A stretch of 64,000 bases of DNA from Adineta vaga (GCA_021613535.1 CP075494.1:5146001-5210000); one strand, 5' to 3'. Positions 43,206 through 56,804 are shown, counted from the stretch's first letter. Program-made: numbers and translations. The notes: generated by a model not told the origin, from the sequence alone.

Positions 43206-43763
43206 TCTAGTCATGTGCAAATATCAGATCTCATTCTTTTCTCTCTCTCTTTTAATGAATGGTGCTTTTTATTATATATATACATATATGTATACACATG
43301 GAAATATTTTACATGTTCCGAGAATCGATGAAAATAAAAAGAAATATTACGAAAAAAAAGTCGATGTGATTGAAATTGCAACTCAGATGAATGTAGTAGA
43401 GTGACGTCTAATTTTGCTGATCATGCATCATTTCTAGCTATTGAATTATTCAATCATCAAAGTTTGCTCGATTTATTATGCATATAGATTAACTTATTCC
43501 GAACGAGTAAAAATACTAGATGTGTCAAATCATTGTCGAATTTTACGTTAAATTCTCATCAATGAGTTGATTTATGCATTATTTGACTTTCAAAAGAAAT
43601 ATTCTCTTCTTTGCGAAAGTCAATTTTTTGAAATATAATCTTTATCTGTCAAAAATTTTTCAAGATAAGATGTCATATTTGAATTCCTATAAATCTATTG
43701 AACTGCTCTAAGAAAGAAAACATATCTATCCGATTTCTGAATACATTTAATGAAATCAATCTT

Positions 43764-45519
43764 TTAAAATTCGGAAACGGAAGTTTCTTCGTATTTGTTC
43801 GTTGCAACTGATAGGTTCAATCGAAAGTTTTGAGTACTTGTGTCAGTTGAAATAGTTTTTGTTGTTCGTTTACATCGAAAAAGTTTAGAAATTAATGGCC
43901 ATGTTACATTAATTAACCATAATTTCAATAATTGTTGTCGAAATACTTCACCAGTCAATGTATAAATATAGAAATGGACCTAAAATTCCAAAAGAATATA
44001 TTCATGTTTTCGAAAGACAAATATGAAACCTTACGGCATAATTAAGATGTGCAAGTGAAAGTAAAATTGCACTTAAAAGATAAGCTTTTTCTGAAACTGA
44101 TGTATTACTTATATGTGATCGAATAACATCATTAATTTCAGTTGGAAGTGTTAAAACAAGAAAAGTTATGGATGAACCAAGTAACATTAATGTTAATTGA
44201 CGATCTTTTTCGTACTTTTTCTTGGATTTTCCATTTCGACCACGACTTTTTCCATTCGAATTTCTCAATGCATTCGATCGACATACACGATTGATTATAA
44301 TTATATTACAAATACTCATTATTATAAATGGAATAACATTTGTTCGAATGACATCAACATATGAATCATAGACAGCAAAGAATTTTTGATAACTTTTGGG
44401 TTCAATACGTTGCCTACATATGCGCAATGATTGACCTGATTCTAATCTAGCTGATAAAACAACAAAACCATAAAGTAAATGACTATTGAATAACGTATGA
44501 ATTAATATTAAGAAACATGTTATAATATAAGCCATACGTCGATGACAAAATTGACGACTTTTTATTGGAAATAAAACACTTGCAGCACGATCAATTGAAC
44601 TAAAATGAATTCCACACTAGACACAAATCGATTTCGCATTCATAAAAAAAACTTATGAAACCTTATACAAATCAGAATTTCATATCCGCTATCTGCCTAT
44701 CTTATAACTACTTGAACCAACGCAATAAAACTAATCATAACTAATAGAATCTAAAATATTCTTTAAGAAGATAATCATGTAGTTCATTTGGTGAAAACTA
44801 ACGAATGGATATTTCATTTATATTTGTTTTTGGTCGTATTGATTTATATTCTTAACTAAAAACTTAATGGAGTCTTTTCATCACCTATCAATCAGCAGTT
44901 TGTATCGGAGAAAAAACAGATATCTCATCTAAAGAACTAAAAATATACCGACTAATGTTTCTTTCTTTTTCTCTTCTTTTTTTCTCGTTTAATCTAAAGT
45001 TGACAACAGAAGATGATTGATACCTTCGTATCATTCTTTATTATCTCGATGTATTCAATGTAATTATCATACAATGATAATCAAGTTTTATTCGAAAGAA
45101 TGCGATAGATAATTTGATTCGAATACTATGTCGCATGGATAAAAGCTTCTCTACTTTTTTTTGGCTCCAAGTGATAAACAAATCAAAACCTACCATACAG
45201 TAAGAAGATAATTGGCCAAATCAAAAGCAAAATACATCGCAAATACAAATGTTTTACAAGAAAAATCGGATAAATTAAGAAGTTGAATATCATAAGTTGG
45301 TAAAACAAAGTGTACAAGCCAGCATATCATACATAAGAGATCAGCTAAAGCCAGAAATAGAAAATAAATTGAACAAGATTTTTTTCGTAATGTTTTACGA
45401 CGAAAAACAAGTAAGGAAAGAGTTCCACCAATAATACCCAAACAAGCAATACATGGACCAAATATTCGATAAACTATCGCATCAGCATACCAACGGTAAA
45501 CATCATCATTCGATGTCAT
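43764..45519 (-). CDS. Class A peptide-receptor-like GPCR, 3 exons
   Basis: Exons ~45519-45194, 44599-44034, 43980-43764; LALADL, CSIDRA, LTLP, NYAVHFYIYTLTGEVFRQQL. Confidence 0.88.
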
Positions 45520-47233
45520 ATTTTATCTAACAAAAAAAAGAGGAATCTTCGATGGAACCTGTGAGTTGTTTATGAGAATAATAATAATAATAATAGGAGA
45601 ATATTTGTTACGATATCTATCTAAGATAATAAAATATCAAAAGCAATCACCGTATGTTGCTGTCTTGTTCTATAGCTAGTAAATGAGATGGAGATGTCAT
45701 CCAACATTCTCACAAGATAATTGGATACAATGAAGCGAGAATATAACGTGCAACATAACAGACAAACCGGAAGTGCGGGTCTCTCTTTTTTCTCTCGCTT
45801 TGTTCTCTTTCTAATATCCTTTGAAAGAAATCAATGGATGCAAGTCGGAAAATACAATGTTCCTACAACATCACGCCCAACAGAAATTATTTTTCTTGAC
45901 AACATAACAACAACAAAACCGAATGATTCGAATGACCATCCATCTCTTTAATTCTGTATAATAAATAGAAGAAGAAAAAAAAAGGAACAAAATGACAACG
46001 ACACAGATGAATGACAGAAGAAAATATTTTAATTAGAAGAAAACAAACTCAATATGTATTTCTAACAATTAACTTACGAAATACAAACCAGATTTCATTA
46101 CATGATTCTAGGCGATCATTGGCTTCTCATTTGTCTATTATCAACATATACGTATTCTCTGTACTCCGTTAACCTTTCAATTTTTTTCACGAATAGATCG
46201 AAGAAAAGAGAAGATTTAAATAATCTTCTTTTCATCATTTTTCTAAAACAAACTACAAAAAGAAAAAAGGATCATCTTGTCTCATATGATGTTCAAAAAT
46301 AGCCCAACAAATTGAAAAATGAAAGTAAGAAACAAAGAAAAATCTCATTTCTTATAATCTCGACTTTGTAGATTAATTCATCAGTATTCTTGTCTAAAGA
46401 GCAACTAAATAGATTCAATAGAATCTTATCTACATTTGGGTTTTTCTCTCTCTCCCTCTCAAATCTGTGGATGATTTTTGCATACAAAATAACTCCATAG
46501 GAAATACAAATCATTGTCATTATTTGATTAATCGATTGATAAATAGACAAAGAATGAAACAATTGCAATAGATTTGCTTTTTATCCATATAATTATTCTT
46601 GATCATGACGTATATTTCATTAATAATATCCTTATATCTTCTTTTATTCTATAGCCAATCATCAGTGATTAATTAATAATTCAATCAGAAAAATGAATTC
46701 ATTTTCTATTATTCCATTTCACATAAATCAAACATTGACGATTTCTAAAGTACAACTATAGTTGTTCTTCTAGATAATGAATGATAATAGGTGAAGGTGT
46801 TCCATTGCAAAGTATCTCTTCATTTTCATCGTAAGAGTCATTATACTTATACTTTCTTCTTACTTTACAAATCGATAAATAGACAAGAAAAATCGAAACA
46901 ATCATATGAAAAACAAACGCACATACAATGCAAGGTCATGTTCATAAGCAGAGCAATAAAGGTTTTTCTTTTTATTGCTTTTTCTATCGTTTTCTAATCG
47001 AAGTAATTGTATATATTATTTTTTTCAGGTACCACTCTTCTGCAAATAAGTCGCAGATTGACACTTGAACATGTGTTTTATCAACTTTATGACTTTTGAT
47101 CAAACTAAAAGATCTCGTTTTAGTTTTCAAAAGTATGTCTTTTATTGAAGTAGGATCTACCAAAAAAAACTAATGATAACTATCGTAAAAGAAAACAAGA
47201 TGAGTTCGATTGACAGATTTCATTGTCTAGTAT

Positions 47234-47784
47234 TTAACTAGCACTAACGGTTAATCGTCGTCGTCGTTCAACATCATTGTTAGCAAGATCACCATCTTCT
47301 TTTTCGAATGATTCAGTAATTGTTATATATGTTGGTCGTCCATCGGGTAATTCACACTAAATAGAATGATGAAAAGACATTCGAGTTTTATAATAAAAAC
47401 AAGAAAACGAACGATGAAATTATATTGACCGCCGTAATCATAATAGTTAAATCGAGATTGAAATGGTTCTAATACATAATCATCTGGTGTTTTCGGCCAA
47501 ACTTTACGAACATTTCGATTGATTTGATCACGATACTAAACATTTATTGATAAAAAAAACGATATTCATTCGAAATAATTTTACTTACTTTTTCGAATAA
47601 CTCTGTAGGTGCTAATGGATTATAGACTATTGGAGGATTACGTTCTGGACGTTCTTGAATTTTTTCACTACGATATTTATTTAAAAAATGCTTCGGAATT
47701 GATGAAATTCAACCAGTTGTATCATACTTACGAATAAGGTGTTTTTCGACGTACGTTTTCGGTATTTTGTTCTTCTATGCTCAT
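47234..47784 (-). CDS. Small uncharacterized 4-exon protein (~127 aa) absent from the ORF track
   Basis: MSIEEQNTEN | HFLNKYRSEKIQERPERNPPIVYNPLAPTELFEK | YRDQINRNVRKVWPKTPDDYVLEPFQSRFNYYDYGGQYNFI | CELPDGRPTYITITESFEKEDGDLANNDVERRRRLTVSAS*, joined by three ~55-60 nt phase-0 GT-AG introns. Confidence 0.65.
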
Positions 47785-48350
47785 GTTGATTTTTCTAATA
47801 CATAATAAACACTATTTTCTCAATCTTTTTATGTGTATAATCAATGATCCGTGACAGCCAATTCATATATTTCTTTCAAACGAAAGAAAGAGAGAGAGAG
47901 AGTGAGTGAATGAGAGAGAACAGACTATTGATACGTGATAGGTTTTGCTCGTGTAGTATGATAGGTCCGTTTATGGAATAGGACCAGTATGATTGTTAAA
48001 ATCATCATATGATTTGTTCACTATAAATTTTCGTTTGATCGAAAATCTTTCTTCATATCAGATCACATGAGACTATGTAAACCATTCGTTATCGAAAAAT
48101 AGCAAAATTTATTCATTTCACGATGTAAAGATGATGTCACTATGTTAATTAATATCGATCTAACAGGTTTATTCCTTTGAGTACAGAAATTATTCGTTGT
48201 TTTATACTCTATAATATAGATGACAGTAGTTGTCTTTGCATGGATCTCATTGGTCCCTATGATTCAGATGAGGAAGTTATATAAGTAGCTTTATAAATAA
48301 ATAAATAAATTTTAAAAGAAACTAGAAGAAAAAGTTTGATTGAAATCAGA

Positions 48351-49896
48351 ATGTATTGGATACAATCCATTGAAAATGGACCTCGTCGTGTAAACCATGC
48401 CGCAGGTGCAATAGACAATTTAATCTATTCATTTGGTGGTTATTCGAATGTTGAAGATTATACGCAAATAACTCCAATTGATGTTCATATTTTAAATACT
48501 TGTAAACAAAACGATCTTTTTTTGAATTCTTTCCATTCTTAATTGGAATAATTTAGGTACATTAAAATGGTACTCATTACCTAAACCTAAAAAAACTGAT
48601 TCACAGTACAATGAAACACCTTTTTCACGTTATGGACATACAGTTGTTGTTTATCAACGAAAATTTTATCTTTGGGGTGGACGTAATGATCAACCAGAAC
48701 CATGTAATCGTTTGTTTTGTTTTGATCCAAGTAAATCTTGAAATCAATCATCTTTCATTACGATAAAAATCAATTTTTCTGATTCATTTTAGAATCCTAT
48801 CAATGGTCTTATGTACGTGTAACTGGTACTGATATACCCAGTTCTCGTGATGGTCATTCTGCATGTGTTATTAATGATCGAATGTATATATTTGGTGGAT
48901 TTGAAGATTTTGTAAAATAAATTTTCAAATTAAAATTAAAGAACTTTCATTCTTTTTGTTACATTAGAGCCAACAATTTTCGAATGATCTTTTTTATTTT
49001 GATTTTAATGATTCATCTTGGCATTTGTTTAATCCAAAAGTATTCAAATTTCTTTTAGAAATCTATATCTTTCGATTTGTCTTTCTGTATAGATCGGCGA
49101 TCATGTACCTCAATGGCGAGATTTTCATTCTGCGACTAATATAGATGGTCGTATGTATATATTCGGTGGACGATCAGATCACACTGAGCCGCATATATTA
49201 GATAATCTTTACGATAATAATCTTTATGTTTTCAATTGTAAAGCACATACTTGGTCATTAGTTACAGCAACAGGAAAAATACCTTGTGGACGAAGATCAC
49301 ATTCTGCATGTTTGTTTGATCGTGATTTATAAAAAGGAACAAAAAAAATATTCAATTTTTTTTTCATTATTTCTAGTTGGATATGATGGAAAATTGTATA
49401 TATTTGCTGGATACAATGATGTTGTTGGTTTACATTATAATGATTTACATGAATTTAATCCAATAACATCTGTATGGCGTCGTGTTAAAACCTATGGTAT
49501 TCCTACTCCTATTCCTCGTCGTCGTCAATGTTGTCTTGCAATTGACCATCGTATGTATATGTTTGGTGGAACAAGTCCAGTAACTGCATCGGCATTTTCA
49601 AATAATCTTACTGATATTCAAAATATGCCTGGCAATCGAACAGTACTCTATGATCAAAGTGATCTTTATGTTTTCGATTTTGGTAAATATTTATTCGATT
49701 CTTTTCTTTCTTCTTTATTGTAATGATTGAAATCATTTTTTTTCTAGCTCCAACTTTGAAAACTTTATGTTTATTATTTCTTTCACAACGAAAAATTTAT
49801 GTAAATAATCTTCCAAAAATTTTTCATCAAGAATATCAACTTTTTACTCAATCATCTGTTCATCGAGCACGTTCATTGGGAGAAACTAGTGGATAA
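48351..49896 (+). CDS. KLHDC3: Kelch domain-containing protein 3, multi-exon
   Basis: GPRRVNHAA..IYSFGGY..IDVHILN; RYGHTVV; WRDFHSA; GRRSHSA; RRRQCC; C-terminal BC-box PTLKTLC. Confidence 0.93.
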
Positions 49897-50705
49897 AATC
49901 TTGTTGTCATTTACATTTTGCAAACAAACGACATACTTGTAAATAAAATAATTTTTTTTGCAAATTTATCATTTTTAATTAAAATATCAATGTGATTGAT
50001 CAGATTTTAAACGTTCTAAATGATATTTTGTTTCATTCACTTGATTTACATTCAGTATCAGACGAAGGATGTATTGAAAGATTTGTGAGTCAATAAAGAC
50101 TACAAGATATACCTGTCAGGTAATTTTTTAGGTGAATTTATTGTTTAATTTAATCGGATATATTCATCTTGTACAACTTGATGACAACAATCAATAAAAT
50201 TATCTGATTGTACGCTTTATTTATACTTCTATCAGACTTTGTTCGTTCCAATTAAAGAAAAAAAATTTCATATTCTCGTCATGTTATTAATTATCAAAGG
50301 TTAATGATTGATTTGGTATGATATTTCTTTTTTTCTTCTTCTTCTTCTTCTAATATTGTCATTCATGTCGATTAATATATATATATATATATATATAGAA
50401 CGAATAGTTTCTATTCTCATATTGAATAAGAAAGAGTAGAGTAATAAATGATGGTCTGGTGACGATAAAGAAGCTTTACATGCACACGGCAAGGGTGTCA
50501 GATGATCGTTCTCGTTTTTTTTCTTCTCTTCTTTCTCATCCATCGAAACATCGGTAGAGCGAAAGAGAGAGAGAGAGAAAGAAAAAAGACGAAATGAATG
50601 AAGAAAGAGAGTAAAGTAATCGAGTATCATCCTCATCATCAATGGCGTCAACAATGATTATACGCGTCAAGCAGAAAGACCTTCGACAACGACTCGTTAT
50701 GCATT

Positions 50706-51794
50706 CCAAGGTCGTTTCTCGCTATAGTCTAATGTACTATAGCAGACAAAAAAAAAGGTTTTTATCCATTCTTCTTTATTCTCACTATATTGGTCACCAT
50801 CACTAATGAGCTCGACACGACAATGACGAACGAAAGAGAGCGAGAAAGAGAAAAATAGAGAGACACGCAACGATTCAGTCTCGTCTTCTTTTTTCTTTTC
50901 CCCTTCTTCACTGCTGATAGGAAAGAGAAGAAGAAGAAGAAGAAGAAGAAGAAGAAGAAGAAAAAAAACCGAGAGAAGAAACGCAAAATAAGTTGTCTCT
51001 CCAAAAGACGGTCTCTCTCTCTCCCTCTCCCTCCCTCTCTATCGTTGACTGCCACCACCAACGCTGTCGTCGTTCTTGTTCAAGGACTGTCGGCGTCTAG
51101 GAGCCGCTAGCAGTGACGACTCTCATACGTTCTATGCAATTGTTGTCGAGCTTTGCTGGCCTTGAATCACAAGGTCAAGCAAACTTTAATACCTGAAAAC
51201 AGCTTCTTGCATTCGACCACTGACTACCTTTTCTTTTAGATTACTAAATGTAACTACAAATCATTGCATCGATATTCAACAAAAAAAATTCTTTTTCTTT
51301 TTTATCGAAAATTTCTTCTTCTTTGGATAATTTAGTCAAAAAAAGAACTGATTTTCTTGGTTATCGTCGAATAAGTAAGTAAAATGAATTATTTCCTTTG
51401 ATTTAAATCGAAATTTTCAAGAAGATTTGAGAAAAAAGAAGATCTAAACTGAATTTTTTATCTAAAACCTTGAACAAAAATTCATGTTATTCTGTGGCGC
51501 GTCGGTCGGCCTTGAGCTCAAGAATTGTTTGCGCATGACGCGCCGATGAGAAAGAAAGAAGAACGAACAAGGCCATTTATTAAAAGTACGAGTGCATCAG
51601 CTTTTCAAGGACGTTCTTATGTCATCAACGTAGACCTTCAAATGGACAATGAGACAATCCTAAAAAATAGAAAATAGCATTTTTTGCTTTCTGTTCGAAA
51701 AATAGAAAAAGAATCATTTTGATGTTTCAAACACCCACGAGATTAGACAACAAATACTGATCGTTTTTATCCAACTTCGTTCTACTCAAGGTCG
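50706..51794. promoter_or_regulatory. Cluster of NR5A(FTZ-F1/SF-1)/ERR-type CAAGG(T/C/A)C sites around the FoxO 5' end
   Basis: CCAAGGTCG 50706, TCAAGGACT 51080, TGGCCTTGA 51157, ACAAGGTCA 51169, CGGCCTTGA 51507, ACAAGGCCA 51567, TCAAGGACG 51605, TCAAGGTCG 51786. Confidence 0.55.
50927..50961. repeat. (AAG)n microsatellite; (TA)n and (GA)n tracts nearby
   Basis: Directly visible simple repeats. Confidence 0.9.
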
Positions 51795-52304
51795 TTTGTT
51801 CATTCAGTTATTTCAAAGAGATTTCTCTTAATTTAAGAATAATAAACAACAAATATATTTTGTTTTCTTTTTCTTCTTTCTTCTTCCTATTTCGATGACA
51901 AATACAAAAACGTATCCAAATCGCGTCTGTTTTTTTCATGAAGGATAAATTAAGAAAAGATAAAATCATTGTTATATATTCGATAATAATATTCTTCTTT
52001 TAATATGAAAAAGAAAAGAATCAGAAAAGGAAAAAGACTCTTCTACTATACGTAACAACATATTACACTTTGATTAAGAAAAAGAAGAAGAAGAGGAGAG
52101 AAAAGGAAATGAGTTCTAATCCTACACACCAGCTGTTTCATTATTTCTCTTCCAAAATGGTAACAAATCTCATCAAAAGATCAAATTATTATTACAGACA
52201 AAAATTCTATTTCGATGAACATCTTCAATAGGTTAACAAGATCGTTTTATTTACTTGAATTTTATAATGAATAAATTCTCGGAATTCTTTTTCAGGTCAA
52301 ATCA

Positions 52305-53778
52305 ATGCTTGCAAGTTCATCATCAGTTCTTGTTGATGACTTTGATGAAAATTCAAATGATAAACATTTATATTCATCATCTTTCAATAGTACAACATCC
52401 AATTATCATTCATCATTTATGGATGATTTTTGTGAGCAAGTTGTTAAAGATGAAGATTTTCCTTCGGATGATCAATTAGAAGCAACATCAACAAGTAATT
52501 GTCGAACAACAGTTGAATATGATCCTCGTTTAGCATTATTAATTGAAAAAGAATTGGGTCTTAAGGATCCACAAACATCAAGAAAAAATGCATGGGGAAA
52601 TTTATCTTATGCAGAATTAATTGCTAAAGCCATTGAAAATAGTCAAGATAAACGTTTAACACTTTCACAAATCTATTCATGGATGATTCAATATGTACCT
52701 TATTTTCGAGATAAAGGAGATCGTAAAAGTAGTACGGGTTGGAAGGTATTTATCTCTTGTATTGATTTGATCTGAAAATCAAGAAATACTATTGTCTTTT
52801 GTTTTTAGAATTCTATTCGACATAATTTATCTTTACATAATCGATTTGTTCGCATCCCAAATGAAATAGCAGGTAAATCAAGTTGGTGGACAATTGATCC
52901 TCGAGCTAAACAAGTTCGTGGTCGTCGACGAGTTCAATCTAATGATAATTCAAGTAAAACTGAAAGACGTCGTCTAACAAAAACAATATCAAATGACAGT
53001 TCAAATCCTTCATCATTTGATTATTTATTTTCTAATGAACAAATTCCTTCATCATCAAATGATATTTATTCATCAACATCAACATCAACATCAAATCAAC
53101 GATCATTTACATCTGTTCGAGATATGAATAAAAATCTTTATTCACTTTTACAAACGAATAATTCTCAAGATCAATCCTATTCATCCACTCAACCAATGCC
53201 TAATATTTTACATGATATGCTCAAATCATCACCACCTTCAACATCCAATCCTAATGATAATACTTTTAATTCAGGTTAGATGATCACTTCATTTGAAATA
53301 TTATTATTATTATTATTTTTTCTTTCTATTAGGTATTGATAGTGCATATTCATCATTATCAAAATCTCCATCAGGTAGTTCACAATCTCCTTCACCATCT
53401 CATAGTGATTATGAAATTGATCAAATGATCTCATCAAAATTAAGTAAACAATTGAAAACAATGGATCGTTCGAGTCCATTGTTTCGTCGAATGGTTGTGG
53501 CGATTATGCGTCATCAAATGAATAAATCGAAACCGAATAATGAAAGACGAAAAATTCTTTCAACTCCACCATCAATTCCATCGCCGTCACCGTCACCATC
53601 GACCAATCTCTTATTTAATCAAATTCCAGCATCATCCATGGATTTAGAATTACCAAATCCTACACAAAATCCAATTCCTAGTTCGACATTTGATTTAGAT
53701 GTTGAAGCAATACTTGATTTTGAACGAACGACATTTGGAGATTGTTCTTTTGATATACATGACTTGCCCAATTTGTGA
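52305..53778 (+). CDS. FOXO: Forkhead box O transcription factor, 3 coding exons
   Basis: Exons 52305-52745, 52809-53274, 53333-53778; RKNAWGNLSYAELI..KRLTLSQIY..VPYFRDKGD..GWKNSIRHNLSLH..GKSSWW..RRRVQS; C-terminal DLDVEAILDFE. Confidence 0.95.
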
Positions 53779-54258
53779 TGTGTGTTGTTTGTTTTTTGCT
53801 TCTTCTTCTTCTTCTTCTTTTTTCTTTCTTTCTTTCTTTTTCTATCCGGTGACCGTTTCATTATCGTCATATGAATATTTGTTTAAATCCTAACATCGAT
53901 CATTTGAACAATATCAAGCATTTATCCCTTATTTATTATTTGTCACGCATTAAACAATTAAGAGAATAAATCCTACGTGACACATATATGACATCCATCG
54001 TTTGTTTTATTTTCCGACGACAAAAAAAAATATATATATATTTCGATATACAAAATTAAAGAAAAGAAAACTAGAAAAATTTTTTTTTATTTTTTATTTT
54101 ATTAAATATATTACGATTCTATTTCGTGTTCAATTCTTTCCATTTACAAAGAATGTACTGTCATCTGTTTTGAAAAAAAGCGACATCTGATAACAATGTG
54201 ATTTGATCGTTCGAATAACATTTATTTATCTGCACTGCACAAGTAAAAGCAAAAGAGA

Positions 54259-55099
54259 ATGTTATCACGATTAGAATTATCGACTCGTTTTCCAGTTTTT
54301 TCCAAATTTCCGTCCTCAGCATTACCAATTCATGGTTCACATCGTGGTGGACGTCATTGGGGAAAAGAAAATACCCTTGAAACATATCGTCGAGCTGTTC
54401 ACGATGCTCGAACAGATATTCTAGAAATTGATATATGGAAAACAACTGATGAACATCTTGTTCTTAATCATGATGGTATTATTAATGGAATTCATGTAAA
54501 TCAAAATACATTTGAAAATTTACAAAAAATCGATTCACAATTAGTGACACTCGATCAAGTTTTAAGTTCGTATTTAATTTTTATACTACTCCTTTTTTTA
54601 ATCAAATCTTGATCATTTAGGTGAATTTACTCGAATTTCATCGTTAGTCTTTTTCTTTGATATGAAAGATGCCAACGCAATTACATTAACGCTACAAGCT
54701 ATTGAACAATATCAAATTCAAGATCGAATTATATTTGGTGCTGTTGATCGATGTATAAATCAAGAACTACAAAAACAAAAACCTTCATCGATTCCACTTT
54801 GTGCTGATATTGAAACCATGATGAAAATCGCTCAAGCTTATAAACAAGGTCATCTGAATGAAAAATATCCATTGGAACATGATATACTTGGTTTCTTTCT
54901 TGAACCACATACTCGAGCAATATTAACATCACATCTCATTGATACTATACATAAAACTGGTCGACCATTAGCAATTGTTGGTTCATTACTTGATGATCCG
55001 AAAATTCAGAAAGAAATGATCGAACTTGGTATTGATATTCTTTTTACTGATCGTCCAGACATCTTACGACAAACTTTAAATTCGTATGCAAATAAATAA
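54259..55099 (+). CDS. Glycerophosphodiester phosphodiesterase (GDPD/lysophospholipase D-like), 2 exons
   Basis: SHRGG..ENTL; DILEIDIWKTTDEHLVLNHD; FDMK; LGIDILFTDRP; intron 54566-54620. Confidence 0.9.
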
Positions 55100-55227
55100 A
55101 TCAATCTTTGCTGCAATAGATGACATTAATTTCATAATAAATTATTCAAGATAATAGTTTTGTATATAAAAGTGATATTTTTTTATTTCGCTTTTTATTT
55201 TATCGTCGAAAAACGATCTCGGTGACC

Positions 55228-55735
55228 ATGAAACAATCTTTTGTTTTATATTTTCTTTGCTTTTTTTCATTATTTTCTTCGATAAAACTGCAAAAATTTA
55301 ATGATCTAACTACAGAAGCTCAACAAACCGATATAGGGTTACCAGCTTTTACATTCGGACTAGTATTAAACAGTAGTAGTAGTACTACTACTCCATCAAC
55401 AAGTAATAATCAAAGCGTTTCTGAAATGTTTATTTCGTTTTTATTTGATTGTTTAGCAATAAGATCAACTGCTTCTTCGTCCGCATCGAGCTCTGTCGCT
55501 TCTTCAACTACTACACACACAACAACAACAACAACAACAACATCAACAACTACAACTACAACAACGACCACACTACGAACATCTACAACAACAACAACAA
55601 CAACACCGAGCAAAGGTAAATGGATTTGTATCAATTGTTCATATTAATTTTTCTTCTTTTTATATAGCTAGTCATTTGGGAAATATGATCAATGCTGTTT
55701 TGATGCTTCTATGTTTCATGTTTCTTTTTTATTAG
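55228..55735 (+). CDS. Small Thr/Ser-rich mucin-like secreted protein with hydrophobic (GPI-like) C-terminus
   Basis: Signal peptide, poly-Thr (ACA repeats), spliced terminal exon ASHLGNMINAVLMLLCFMFLFY*. Confidence 0.65.
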
Positions 55736-55958
55736 ATTCAATGCACTTATTCGAGAAGAAAATCTTTTTTTCATATACGAGAAACTAAATGTTCGAATAA
55801 AAATATTTTGTTGATCGAGTTTTTCAACTTTGCTTCACTAAATTGAGTTGAATTAATTTGATATGAAATAATCCAACAAGAATGTTCCGTTTTATTTAGA
55901 AATATAAATTACAAGAAAAAACCAACATACTGATACTCATAAATTAAATAACATAGTC

Positions 55959-56213
55959 TTATGAATTGATTATATCTTCGATTTGTTGAACTTTTCGTCT
56001 TGTATTTTGATATTTTTTATTTATTTTTGCACCAGCTCGATCCAATGGAGCTCGAACTTGATTTTTCACACGTTGTATTGCTTGTTTTCCTTCTTTGATC
56101 TTTCGGTTCTTTTTAGCTCGTACAGCTTTTCGAATTTCTTGTTGAGCATCACAACAATAACTTACCAATAAAAATATAACAATAAAACAGATTACTAAAC
56201 GTGAAATTAACAT
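55959..56213 (-). CDS. Small secreted highly cationic helical peptide (paralog A)
   Basis: 23-aa signal ending CCDA; 61-aa K/R-rich mature peptide; clear paralog 570 bp away. Confidence 0.8.
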   Translation of the reverse strand: MLISRLVICFIVIFLLVSYCCDAQQEIRKAVRAKKNRKIKEGKQAIQRVKNQVRAPLDRAGAKINKKYQNTRRKVQQIEDIINS

Positions 56214-56528
56214 TCTTTTCTTTGATTTCGATGTTGAATGAATATGAATAATAAAAAAATCGACGTAGATTTATTTGATAGATTTCATCCGAATGATAAG
56301 ATAAAAGACTATCATGTTTCATTTCTTCTTAAACAAGATTGACAAAGAGAGTAGGTTACAAAAATATTCATCGCTATCAAATAACGATTACAAAGTCATG
56401 TGAAATTCAACAATAGGGAATGATCATAGTAAAACATGAAATTATCAATTTCAATATATTAGTATAAATGATTATTTTTTATTGATAAATAGAAATTACA
56501 GAGAAATATAAAAGAACAAAAGTCATCT

Positions 56529-56804
56529 TTATGATTTAATTACGTTTTCGATTTGATGAACTTTTCGTCGTGTATTCTGATATTTTTTATTAACTTTTGC
56601 ACCTGCTCGATCGAATGGTTGCCGGGCTTGATTTTTAACAGTTTCAACGGCTTGTTTTCCTCGTTGAACTTTTCGTTTACCATCATTGATTTTTCGATCG
56701 GTTTTAGCTCGTACTGCATTGCGAATTTCATTTTGTGCTTCACTACAATAACTTAGTAACACTACAATAAGCACCAAACAGAATAGTAAACGAGAAAGTA
56801 ACAT
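56529..56804 (-). CDS. Small secreted highly cationic helical peptide (paralog B)
   Basis: Signal ending CSEA; shares AVRAK..DRAGAK.NKKYQNTRRKV with paralog A. Confidence 0.8.
   Translation of the reverse strand: MLLSRLLFCLVLIVVLLSYCSEAQNEIRNAVRAKTDRKINDGKRKVQRGKQAVETVKNQARQPFDRAGAKVNKKYQNTRRKVHQIENVIKS

Noticed and set aside
50301-51061. ORFs with poly-F, poly-R and IY repeats
   Set aside because: Translations of microsatellites in FoxO upstream DNA.
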